DNA of 64,000 bases from Alphaproteobacteria bacterium (lineage in GTDB: Bacteria > Pseudomonadota > Alphaproteobacteria > SHWA01), in NCBI GenBank assembly GCA_009693995.1, contig SHWA01000002.1, forward strand, positions 138-64,137, read 5' to 3'. Positions 35,668-44,151 of this stretch are shown here, piece after piece. Below the pieces are notes generated by a model, which did no database searches, was not told the origin of the DNA, and was given only the letters and a program-made list of their open reading frames with translations. Positions within the stretch are counted from its first letter, which is position 1. Each line of letters opens with the position of its first letter. The translations under genes were made by a program, and so were the position numbers.

Positions 35668-36471
35668 ATGAGAAACGTCACACCCGTTCGCCCGGTGGCG
35701 CCCTATATCGGCGGGAAACGAAACCTATCGCGCCGCCTCGTCGAGCTGATCGATTCGATCCCTCACGAGAGCTATGCCGAAGTATTCGTGGGCATGGGCG
35801 GAGTGTTCTTTCGCCGCCACAGGGTGCCCAAGGCCGAGGTGATCAACGACTATGGTCGGGACGTCGCCACGCTTTTCCGCATCCTCCAGCGACACTACGT
35901 CCAGTTCTTGGACATGATGAAGTATCAGCTCACCACGCGCGCCGAATTCGAGCGCCTGGCGGCCACCGACCCGGCGACGTTGACCGACCTGGAGCGGGCG
36001 GCCCGATTCCTCTACCTCCAGCGCACGGCCTTCGGGGGCAAGGTGGCCGGCCGCAATTTCGGCGTCAGCACAGGCCTGCCAGCCAGGTTCGACCTCACCA
36101 AGCTGGTACCCATGCTGGAGTCCGTCCATGAACGGCTTGCCGGCGTCGTCATCGAATGCCTGCCCTACGGCGACTTCATCGAGCGGTACGACCGGCCCGG
36201 CGTCCTGTTCTACGCCGACCCGCCCTACCAAGGCAGCGAGGGGCACTATGGGAAGGGGCTATTCTCGGCCGAAGACCATGCCCGCCTGGCGGAGCTGCTG
36301 CTATCGATCAAGGGCCGCTTCATCCTGTCGATCAACGACAGCCCAACCATCCGCAAGCTCTACCGCCGTGGGGCCTCGATCGAGGCCCTCGACACCACCT
36401 ACACAATCGCTGGCAGCGACCACGCCCAACGCGTCCGGGAGCTGGTCATCACCGCTCCCGGGGCACGTTAG
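35668..36471 (+). CDS. D12-class N6-adenine DNA methyltransferase (Dam-like, orphan)
   Basis: Starts MRNVTPVRPVAPYIGGKRNL (SAM-binding YxGGK). Catalytic DPPY appears in FYADPPYQG. ATG 35668 is preferred to the track start 35644. Confidence 0.8.
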   Translation: MRNVTPVRPVAPYIGGKRNLSRRLVELIDSIPHESYAEVFVGMGGVFFRRHRVPKAEVINDYGRDVATLFRILQRHYVQFLDMMKYQLTTRAEFERLAATDPATLTDLERAARFLYLQRTAFGGKVAGRNFGVSTGLPARFDLTKLVPMLESVHERLAGVVIECLPYGDFIERYDRPGVLFYADPPYQGSEGHYGKGLFSAEDHARLAELLLSIKGRFILSINDSPTIRKLYRRGASIEALDTTYTIAGSDHAQRVRELVITAPGAR

Positions 36472-36475
36472 CCAG

Positions 36476-36808
36476 CTATCCTTGAACGATCTTGGACCCG
36501 CCCGTCATGACGATGCCGGACCCTGGCCCCATCCGTATCTCAGTGTTCTGAGACCGCATGTTGGTGTTGAAGATGCTTGTTCGCCCGGTGGCGTTGTCGC
36601 CTCCGCCGGTCACGAGAACCCGCGCCGAGGTGATGCTGGAACCCGTCACGGCGATGTTGCCGTCTTGATGGTCGAAGCGGATATTTCCAAGAGCGACCAT
36701 CGTCGCGTTGGTGACACTGATCGAGCCAGTTCCAGCCAGAGCTTGCAGTGTGTCGTTATATGCTGCCTGCAGATCGCGGCTAACGCGGTTGGCGCTGCTC
36801 AAAACCAC
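36476..36808 (-). CDS. Hypothetical protein or gene fragment with G/T/S/N-rich beta-strand repeats
   Basis: 110-aa GTG-initiated ORF (ISVTNATMVALGNIRFDHQDGNIAVTGSSITSARVLVTGGGDNATG). No recognisable signal peptide or RBS. It may be the C-terminal piece of a larger adhesin- or tail-fibre-like gene. Confidence 0.3.
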   Translation of the reverse strand: MVLSSANRVSRDLQAAYNDTLQALAGTGSISVTNATMVALGNIRFDHQDGNIAVTGSSITSARVLVTGGGDNATGRTSIFNTNMRSQNTEIRMGPGSGIVMTGGSKIVQG

Positions 36809-36811
36809 CCG

Positions 36812-36940
36812 TCACTTGTGCCTAAAACCAGGCGTCGCGCTACAACGGTCTGCGACCACCTCTGCATAGTGCGCGGCCTTGAGGCCGATTCCGGCTATGG
36901 CCGGGATCGGCAGAGGGCGTGGGGTCGGAGTGGGGGCCAC
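36812..36940 (-). pseudogene. 5' stump of a DUF692/MNIO (BufB-like) gene
   Basis: GTG at 36940 (GGAG 7 nt upstream) lies 25 nt after the DUF2282 stop. It gives MAPTPTPRPLPIPAIAGIGLKAAHYAEVVADR, matching the G-(I/L)-G-L-(R/K)-x-x-H-Y N-terminal motif of DUF692 enzymes. It then diverges (CSATPGFRHK) and stops at TGA 36812-36814. Confidence 0.55.
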
Positions 36941-36965
36941 CGCCGTGCTCCGCGACCGGCTGCGC

Positions 36966-37232
36966 TCAGCTGGCCTTGAGCGAGGCGCCGACGATCTTCT
37001 CGCAGGCACCGGCCGGAACGTAGATCCAGGCGTCCTTCTGGGCGTTGGTCTTGGACGTGCCGGCGCAGGAGGAGGCCGCAGTCTGGCAGTCGTTCTTGCC
37101 GGCCTTGACGACGCCGTAGCACTTCTCGGCCTTGAACGTCGGGGCCGCCGTGGGCTGCGCCTCGACCGCGGCCGCCGCCATCGCGAGCGCCGCCGTCATG
37201 ACCGTGCCGATCAGTATCTTGCTGGCATTCAT
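36966..37232 (-). CDS. DUF2282-family secreted 4-Cys peptide (bufferin BufA1-type RiPP precursor)
   Basis: 88 aa with an AAGGAG RBS 7 nt upstream of ATG 37232. Signal peptide MNASKILIGTVMTAALAMAAAAVEA. Four Cys at positions 38, 49, 56 and 77 in EKCYG, NDCQ, SSCAG and GACEKI contexts. It is the 3' end of track ORF 36966..38612. Confidence 0.8.
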   Translation of the reverse strand: MNASKILIGTVMTAALAMAAAAVEAQPTAAPTFKAEKCYGVVKAGKNDCQTAASSCAGTSKTNAQKDAWIYVPAGACEKIVGASLKAS

Positions 37233-37441
37233 CGTGTCAGTCTCCTTCAGGTTGGTGGAAGTCGGACCCTGGTCGTCCAGAGCCGGAGTGCTGCCGCGGG
37301 TTGCAGCGCCTCGCCGCGACCGGGACAGATTAGGGAGGGTTCCGGCCGTTGCGGTCTCAATAGTCCGTGACGGCGGCGTGAGTTGGAAATGCCGTCTCGC
37401 CATCGGCTCATGCCACGCGTGCATGTCACCGACCCTGGTTC

Positions 37442-39634
37442 TCACTCGCTCGCGCCGGTGATCAGGCGTGTGCTCTGCCGGTAGGTCAGGTACGACCACC
37501 CCCACTGCATCACGACCGAGGCGCGCGCCCGCATCTCGGCCAGAAACAGCACGTGCACCGCGCCCCACAGCCACCAGGCGAGCGGCCCGGTCAGCTTGAT
37601 GCGGCCGAAGTCGGCGACCGCGGCAGCGCGGCCGATGGTGGCGAGACTCCCCTGGTGGACGTACGTGAAGGGCGCCGGTTCCGGCCGGCCGGAAAGGCGC
37701 GCGCGCAGCACCTTGGCGACGTGGACGGCGCCCTGCTTCGCCGCCGGGGCCAGTCCCGGCACCGGCTTGCCTTCCCAAGCGTCGGCCGCCGCCGTGTCGC
37801 CGATCGCGAACACGCCCTCGCGGCCGATCACATTCAGGTGCGGGCCGACCTTCACACGCCCGGCGCGGTCGGCCTCGGCCTTCAGCCACTTGGCCGCGGG
37901 CGAGGCCATGACGCCGGCCGCCCACAGCACGGTCCGAGCCGGAATGTGTTCGCCGCCGACGGTGACGCCGGTCGCGTCCACTTGCTCGACCCGGCTTGCG
38001 GTCTTCACCTCGACGCCGAGCGCTGCGAGTTGGCGCTGGGCGGCCGCCGACATGTCCTCGGCGAAGGAAGCGAGCACGCGCGGCCCCGCTTCGATCAGGA
38101 CGACGCGCGCCGCCGCCGGATCGATGCTGCGGAACTCGCCTTCCAGGCCCTTGCGCGCGAGCTCGGCGATGGCGCCGGCGAGCTCGACCCCGGTTGGGCC
38201 GCCGCCGACGATGCAGAAGGTCAGCCAGGCGCGCCGCGCCGCCTCGTCGGACGCGGTCTCCGCTGCCTCGAAGGCGGTGAGGAGCCGGCGGCGCACCTCG
38301 GTCGCGTCGGAAACCTTCTTTATGCCCGGCGCGTCGGCCTCCCACGCGTCCTTGCCGAAATAGGCGTGCCGCGCCCCCGTCGCCAGCACCAGGTAGTCGT
38401 AGGTGATGCGCTGGTCGTCGGCGATCACGGCGCGCGCCCCCACGTCGACGTCGCCGACCCGCGCCATCAGCACCTGCACGTTCGGCTGGTCGCGGAAGAG
38501 ACTGCGGATCGGGGTGGCGATGTCGGACGGCGCCAGCGTCGCGGTCGCCACCTGGTAGAGCAGCGGCTGGAACAGGTGGTAGTTGCGCCGGTCGACCAGG
38601 GTGACTCGGCACGGGGTGTGGCGGAGCGCCTTGGCCAGGGTCACGCCGCCAAACCCGGCGCCGACCACGACTATGTGGGGCAAGCGCATGCGCGCCTTCG
38701 CATCCAGCTCCGGCGCCTGCGCCGCCGCCTCGTGCAGCAGCAGCGCATCGACCGCGAGCGCGCCGTGGCTGCGGAAGGCGAACAGCAGGCCGAACAGCGC
38801 CCAGTAGCCGAGGTCGCCCCTGGCGAGCTCGGTGTATTCGCCGAGCAGGAGCGCGCCGAGCGACCAGAGCACCAGCAGCGCCCCGCCGGCCCGGGTCGCC
38901 AGGCCGAGCGCCAGCAGGGCCGGAATCACGGCCGCAGGCACGAACCCGAGCGGCCCGCCGGCGCCGGCGAAAAGCGGCAGGGCGGTGAAGTCGAGGCGCA
39001 GCAGCCCGGGCTGCCCGGTGAGCGACTCGGCGACATTGCGCGCCGCCAGGAACAGCATGCCGGCGAGGCCCAGGCGGAGCGCCAGCAGATAGAGCGGCGC
39101 GCCAACCCGTGCGGTGGCTGCCAGCGCGGCCGCGAGGGCGCCGGCGAAGGGAACCGCGCTCCGCGCCAGACCCGGCGCCAGCAGGCGGTCGAGGGAGAGG
39201 GCGCCGGCCCCGCGCACCACGAACCAGCCCAGCAGCAGCACCCAGTAGACGTGCTCATTCAGCGCCTGGTACTCGAACTGGACCACGAGCGTGAGCGCCA
39301 GCATGGCCAGGGCGGCGACCCGGGTGCCGAGACCCAAGATCAGGGCGGCGCCGCCGATCACCTCGATGGTCGCACCAACTACCGCCGCCACCTCGGGCGC
39401 CAGCCAGGAAACCGGGTATTCGTTGCTGGCGAGCAGGAGCGCCGTCTGCCAGTCCGCCACCTTGAGCAGGCCCGAGAACAGGAATACCGGCCCGATCCAG
39501 AGGCGGATCACCAGGTCGACCACGGGGCCGCCGAACCGTTCCACCAGATGGAGCATGTCCTTGGCAGCGAGCATCAGACGCCACACCGGTGGTGCCTCGA
39601 GGGTCGCGGAATCGCGGTTGCGAGCATCACTCAT
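37442..39634 (-). CDS. Fusion protein: two tandem DoxX-like membrane domains plus a type II NADH dehydrogenase (NDH-2) module
   Basis: Single uninterrupted 730-aa ORF. Residues ~38-152 are DoxX-like (RLWIGPVFLFSGLLKV...EVIGGAALILGLGTRVAAL...GAGALSLDRLL). Residues ~183-299 are a second, more divergent DoxX-like block (LALGLATRAGGALL...HGALAVDALL). Residues ~317-730 are NDH-2 (HIVVVGAGFGGV, NYHLFQPLLYQVAT, IVGGGPTGVELAG, FAIGD). Confidence 0.8.
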   Translation of the reverse strand: MSDARNRDSATLEAPPVWRLMLAAKDMLHLVERFGGPVVDLVIRLWIGPVFLFSGLLKVADWQTALLLASNEYPVSWLAPEVAAVVGATIEVIGGAALILGLGTRVAALAMLALTLVVQFEYQALNEHVYWVLLLGWFVVRGAGALSLDRLLAPGLARSAVPFAGALAAALAATARVGAPLYLLALRLGLAGMLFLAARNVAESLTGQPGLLRLDFTALPLFAGAGGPLGFVPAAVIPALLALGLATRAGGALLVLWSLGALLLGEYTELARGDLGYWALFGLLFAFRSHGALAVDALLLHEAAAQAPELDAKARMRLPHIVVVGAGFGGVTLAKALRHTPCRVTLVDRRNYHLFQPLLYQVATATLAPSDIATPIRSLFRDQPNVQVLMARVGDVDVGARAVIADDQRITYDYLVLATGARHAYFGKDAWEADAPGIKKVSDATEVRRRLLTAFEAAETASDEAARRAWLTFCIVGGGPTGVELAGAIAELARKGLEGEFRSIDPAAARVVLIEAGPRVLASFAEDMSAAAQRQLAALGVEVKTASRVEQVDATGVTVGGEHIPARTVLWAAGVMASPAAKWLKAEADRAGRVKVGPHLNVIGREGVFAIGDTAAADAWEGKPVPGLAPAAKQGAVHVAKVLRARLSGRPEPAPFTYVHQGSLATIGRAAAVADFGRIKLTGPLAWWLWGAVHVLFLAEMRARASVVMQWGWSYLTYRQSTRLITGASE

Positions 39635-39896
39635 GGCTATCTAACGCCTCCATTCGGGGCCACGCGGCGGCTTGCTTTGACCGTCGCGGCGGGCACATGA
39701 AATCCTGCGTCCGCTACGCGCCAGGATTGAAATGCCGATCAGGCATCGCCGCATGCGGGCGTGCTATGATCACCGATGCCGATAACCCGGCGGCATTGCA
39801 AGCCGCCGGAAAGTCATTTCACGCGCCGCGGGCGACGCGCGCAGGATGGAATGCAGGGGCGGCGCGACCGGCCCCCACCCGAGGGAGGAGCAGATA

Positions 39897-40424
39897 ATGG
39901 CAGCGAAATCCGCAACCAAGGGCCGCCGCATTGTCCGGCAGAAGCTAGATGCAGCCCTGCCGGCGAGCGGCGGACTGAACGGCGTCGAGATGGACGTCGA
40001 CTCCATGCTGCTGCTGGGGCGCGCCAACGTGGACACGCTGATGTCGCTCAATGCCCTCGCCATCGACTGCATCGAGCGCTGCGCCGAGCGCCAGGTCGAG
40101 GCCTGGAACCGCATGACGTCGAACATGATGAATTCATTGAAGCTCTTGGCGATCGCCCAGAACGCGACCAAGGGCGGCTCGGATTCCCGCAAGTTCGTGG
40201 GCGAAGCGGTGCAGGGCATCCTGGACGAGTTCCAGGCGCTCACCACCATCGTCGCCCGCGCCAATCACGACGCGCTCTCGCTGGTGACCGACCGCGCCAC
40301 CGCGAATCTGACCGCGGCCCAGGACGCCGCCGGGCGGGCCATGAATGCCTGCCTGGAAAACGCCCAAGAGGCGCTCGCCACCGGCAGCCTGCCGGGCGGC
40401 GCCGGCAGCGAACGGCGCGGGTAG
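39897..40424 (+). CDS. Phasin-family (PHA granule-associated) protein
   Basis: ATG 39897 follows GAGGGAGGAG. The 175-aa alpha-helical protein has a phasin-like core (VDTLMSLNALAIDCIERCAERQVEAWNRM...FQALTTIVARANHDAL). Confidence 0.55.
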   Translation: MAAKSATKGRRIVRQKLDAALPASGGLNGVEMDVDSMLLLGRANVDTLMSLNALAIDCIERCAERQVEAWNRMTSNMMNSLKLLAIAQNATKGGSDSRKFVGEAVQGILDEFQALTTIVARANHDALSLVTDRATANLTAAQDAAGRAMNACLENAQEALATGSLPGGAGSERRG

Positions 40425-40447
40425 CCAGCTACCGCTCGAGTCCAACC

Positions 40448-41254
40448 TCAGCGCCGGGGCACCACCAGCTCGGGATCGAGGCGGAGATCGAACAGGTTGA
40501 TACGCCAGTCCAGGTGCGGGCCGGTGGCTCGCCCCGTGGCGCCGACCGCCCCGACCACCTGGCCGCGCGCGACCACCTGGCCCTCGCCCACATCCAGGCG
40601 ATCGAGATGAGAGAAAGTCGAACTCACGCCGTGGCCGTGGTCGATGACGAGCGTGCCGCCGGTGAAGTAGAGATCGGGCGCGGCCAATGTCACCACGCCG
40701 CCGGCCGGCGCCGCCACCGGCGCCCCGCGCGGCGCGGCGATGTCGAGGCCGTAGTGCGGCTGACGCGGCGCGCCGTTCAGAATCCGCTGGCTGCCATAGA
40801 CGCCGCTGACCGGCCCCTCGGCCGGCCAGCGGAAGCCGGCCAGGAACTCGGTCAGGGGCCGGTCGTGGCCGCGGGCGGCGGCGACCAGCGCTGCCTCGTG
40901 GCGGATGCGCGTCAACTCGGTCGGGCTCGGGGTGACCAGGTTCGGCGCCAGGCCGTCGATGCGCTGGATCTCCCAGACGCGGGGGGCGACCGCGATCTCG
41001 TGCACCGCCCAGCCCCCATCGGCGAAGCGCACCTCGACCTGGGCCCACGGCGGCGCCTCGCGGCCGAAGCCGATCACGAACCAGCCCTCGGGCGAGACCC
41101 GGAAGTCGCGCCCGTCGAAGCGCACCACGGCGTCCGGTTCGGTACGCCCGACCACGAGCGCGCCCTGCACCGAGTCGGTCGGCAATTCCAGTATGCCCGC
41201 CGCCACCGGCAGGGCGAGAAACAGCAGCAGCGCGGCGAGCCGGGCGACCGGCAT
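40448..41254 (-). CDS. M23-family metallopeptidase
   Basis: This is the last 268 codons of track ORF 40448..42592, with signal peptide [21 protein letters not shown]23 motifs HYGLDIAAPRGAPV and LVIDHGHGVSSTFSHL are present. The start overlaps the xseA stop (TGATG). Confidence 0.85.
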   Translation of the reverse strand: MPVARLAALLLFLALPVAAGILELPTDSVQGALVVGRTEPDAVVRFDGRDFRVSPEGWFVIGFGREAPPWAQVEVRFADGGWAVHEIAVAPRVWEIQRIDGLAPNLVTPSPTELTRIRHEAALVAAARGHDRPLTEFLAGFRWPAEGPVSGVYGSQRILNGAPRQPHYGLDIAAPRGAPVAAPAGGVVTLAAPDLYFTGGTLVIDHGHGVSSTFSHLDRLDVGEGQVVARGQVVGAVGATGRATGPHLDWRINLFDLRLDPELVVPRR

Positions 41255-42795
41255 CACAATAGGGAGCCCTGGTCCGGCACATCGCGCCGCCACCGGCGGG
41301 GGGACGCCGTGCCGCCGGTGATCTCGGCAGCAACGGTGCCATCGTGGAAGCGGAGCGTGACGCCGAGCCCGGGGTGGGTGGCGGCGTGGCTGGCGATCAC
41401 CGCGCCGCCCTCGGTCTGCACCAGCACGAAGCCACGTTCCAGCACCCGCTGGTAGGAGCAGCTTTCCAGCAGCTTGGCCTCGGCCTCGAGCCGGGCCCCG
41501 AGGGTGGCGAGGCGCCGCTCGAGCGCACGCCGCAGGCGGCTTCCATGCTCGCCGAGGAGCGGGCGGGCGCGCTCGATCTCGTGGCGGAGCGGGGCGGCGC
41601 CGAGCCGCGGGCCGATGCGGGCGAGTGCCGCCCGGCGCAGGTCCAGCCCATGGCGGAGGTCGCGTTGCAGCAGGGTGACGCTGGCGGCGAGGCGGCGCGC
41701 CGCCGCTTCCAGCAGCGCCCGCGGCCGCGGCAGGTGCAGGGCCGCCAGGCGGGCATGGGTGCGCTCGATCCGCAGGCGCTGGGCCCGCGCGAGTTCCAGG
41801 TGGGCGTCGTCGAGGCGCTGCGCCGCCGCCTCGACCAGGCGCGCCGGCGCCGGCAGACCGCGCCCTAGCGCCACCAGGCGCTCCCGCTCCCGCGCCAGGC
41901 GGGCGGCGGAGGCGGTACCGAGGCGCTTCTCCGCCTCCAGGACGCGCGCCGCCAGGTCGCTCCGCACCGGCACCGCCATCTCGGCGGCGGCGGAGGGCGT
42001 GGGGGCGCGCACGTCGGCGGCGAAGTCGATCAGGGTGGTGTCGGTCTCGTGGCCGACGGCGGCGATGAGGGGGATTACCGAGGCGGCGGCGGCGCGCACC
42101 ACCACCTCCTCGTTGAAGGCCCAGAGGTCTTCGATCGAGCCGCCGCCACGCGCCACGATCAGCACGTCGGGGCGCGGCACCGGGCCGCCGGGGGAGAGCG
42201 TGTTGAAGCCCTCTATGGCGGCGGCGATCTGCGCCGCCGCGCCCTCGCCCTGGACCGCGACCGGCCACACCAGCACGCGGCGGGGGAAGCGGTCGGCGAT
42301 CCGGTGCAGGATGTCGCGGATCACCGCCCCCGTCGGCGAGGTGACCACGCCGATCACGAGCGGCAGGAAGGGGAGTGGCCGCTTGCGCTCGGGCGCGAAC
42401 AGTCCTTCCGCCTGGAGGCGCCGGCGGCGCTCCTCCAGCAGGGCCATGAGGGCGCCGATCCCGGCCGGCTCCATCCGCTCGACGATGATCTGGTAGCGCG
42501 ACCGCCCGGGATAGGTGGTGATCCGGCCGGTGCAGACCACCTCGAGCCCGTCCTCGGGGCGGAAGCGGAGCGTGCCCACGGTGCCGCGCCACATTACCGC
42601 ATCCAGCAGGGCGTCGGCGTCCTTGAGCGCGAAATAGACGTGGCCCGACGCGGCGCGCTTGAAACCAGAGATCTCGCCCCGCACGCGCACGCTGCCGAAG
42701 GCGCCCTCGACCGTGCGCTTGAGCGCCGCCGCCAGCTCAGAGACGGAAAATTCCGGGATGTTGGCGCTGGCCACCAGGATTCCGGGTTCGCTCAT
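41254..42795 (-). CDS. xseA: Exodeoxyribonuclease VII large subunit
   Basis: 513-aa ORF with an OB-fold N-terminus ([24 protein letters not shown]), the catalytic core ([24 protein letters not shown]) and a coiled-coil tail. Confidence 0.9.
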   Translation of the reverse strand: MSEPGILVASANIPEFSVSELAAALKRTVEGAFGSVRVRGEISGFKRAASGHVYFALKDADALLDAVMWRGTVGTLRFRPEDGLEVVCTGRITTYPGRSRYQIIVERMEPAGIGALMALLEERRRRLQAEGLFAPERKRPLPFLPLVIGVVTSPTGAVIRDILHRIADRFPRRVLVWPVAVQGEGAAAQIAAAIEGFNTLSPGGPVPRPDVLIVARGGGSIEDLWAFNEEVVVRAAAASVIPLIAAVGHETDTTLIDFAADVRAPTPSAAAEMAVPVRSDLAARVLEAEKRLGTASAARLARERERLVALGRGLPAPARLVEAAAQRLDDAHLELARAQRLRIERTHARLAALHLPRPRALLEAAARRLAASVTLLQRDLRHGLDLRRAALARIGPRLGAAPLRHEIERARPLLGEHGSRLRRALERRLATLGARLEAEAKLLESCSYQRVLERGFVLVQTEGGAVIASHAATHPGLGVTLRFHDGTVAAEITGGTASPRRWRRDVPDQGSLL

Positions 42796-42877
42796 CCGCC
42801 GACTGTCCTCTGCCCTGCCCTATGATACAAGAACGGCCGCATGGCCGCAGGATGGCCGGCAGGGCAGGAGACCAGGC

Positions 42878-44143
42878 ATGCGCGTCCTCGTGGTCGGCTC
42901 GGGCGGGCGGGAGCACGCGCTCTGCTGGGCGCTCGCCGCCTCGCCGCTGCTGGACGCGCTCTTCTGCGCCCCTGGCAATGCCGGCATCGCCGAGCAGGCG
43001 GCCTGCGTCGGAATCGCGGCCGACGACATCCCCGGCCTGGTCGCCTTCGCCCGCGCCGAGCGCATCGGCCTGGTGGTGGTCGGCCCCGAGGGGCCGCTGG
43101 TCGCGGGCCTGGTGGACGCGCTTCAGGCCGAGGGGATCAAAGCCTTCGGGCCGACGGCGGCGGCGGCCCGCCTGGAAGGCTCCAAGGGCTTCACCAAGGA
43201 CCTCGCGGCGCGCGCCGGGATTCCCACCGCCGCTTACGGCCGCTTCGCCGACGCGGCCGCCGCCCGGGCCTATGTCGCAGCGCACGGGGCGCCGATCGTG
43301 GTCAAGGCCGACGGCTTGGCCGCGGGCAAGGGCGTGACGGTGGCGGCGACCGTCGCCGAGGCCAACGCCGCCATCGACGCCGCCCTCGGCGGCCGCTTCG
43401 GGGCGGCCGGCGCGAGCCTGGTGATCGAGGCCGTGCTCGCGGGCGAGGAGGCCAGCTTCTTCGCCCTGGTGGACGGCCGGCACGCCCTTCCCTTGGCCAC
43501 CGCCCAGGACCACAAGCGCGCCTGCGACGGCGACCAGGGCGCAAACACCGGCGGCATGGGCGCCTATTCGCCGGCGCCGAGCGTCACGCCCGCGCTCGCC
43601 GGCCAGGTGATGGACCGCATCATCGAGCCGACGGTCGCCGCCATGGCCGCGGCGGGCACGCCCTTCAAGGGCATCCTTTACGCCGGACTGATGATCGGCG
43701 CGGACGGGCCCAAGCTGCTCGAATACAACGTCCGCTTCGGCGATCCCGAATGCCAGGTGCTGATGCCGCGCCTGATGTCGGACCTGCTGCCGGCACTGAT
43801 CGCCACCTGCGACGGCGAACTCAAGCGGTTCTCGCTGCGCTGGTACGACGATCCCGCGCTCTGCGTGGTGATGGCGGCGCGGGGCTATCCCGACGCCTAC
43901 CAGAAGGGCAGCGAGATTCGCGGTCTCGCCGCCCTGGGCGGGATCCCGGGCGTGACGGTCTTCCACGCCGGCACGGCCCGCGAGGGCGAGCGGCTGATCG
44001 CCACCGGCGGGCGCGTGCTCGGCGTGACCGCGACCGCGCCGACCCTGGCCGAGGCACGGCTGCGGGCGTATCGGGCGGTCGATTGCATCGACTGGCCGGG
44101 GGGCTTCTGCCGGCGCGACATCGGCGCCCGGGCGCTCGCCTGA
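42878..44143 (+). CDS. purD: Phosphoribosylamine-glycine ligase
   Basis: Starts [22 protein letters not shown]-grasp core. 421 aa. Frame checked against the stop at 44143. Confidence 0.9.
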   Translation: MRVLVVGSGGREHALCWALAASPLLDALFCAPGNAGIAEQAACVGIAADDIPGLVAFARAERIGLVVVGPEGPLVAGLVDALQAEGIKAFGPTAAAARLEGSKGFTKDLAARAGIPTAAYGRFADAAAARAYVAAHGAPIVVKADGLAAGKGVTVAATVAEANAAIDAALGGRFGAAGASLVIEAVLAGEEASFFALVDGRHALPLATAQDHKRACDGDQGANTGGMGAYSPAPSVTPALAGQVMDRIIEPTVAAMAAAGTPFKGILYAGLMIGADGPKLLEYNVRFGDPECQVLMPRLMSDLLPALIATCDGELKRFSLRWYDDPALCVVMAARGYPDAYQKGSEIRGLAALGGIPGVTVFHAGTAREGERLIATGGRVLGVTATAPTLAEARLRAYRAVDCIDWPGGFCRRDIGARALA

Positions 44144-44151
44144 CCAGGCGC

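Noticed and set aside
36966-38612. 548-aa minus-strand ORF spanning the DUF2282 gene and part of the NDH-2 region.
   Set aside because: Only the last 88 codons, which have their own RBS and ATG at 37232, form a coherent protein. The upstream part is out-of-frame overlap with the DoxX-NDH-2 gene.
40448-42592. 714-aa minus-strand ORF overlapping xseA.
   Set aside because: Only the last 268 codons (the M23 peptidase, ATG 41254) are real. The rest is an alternative frame of xseA with nonsense composition.
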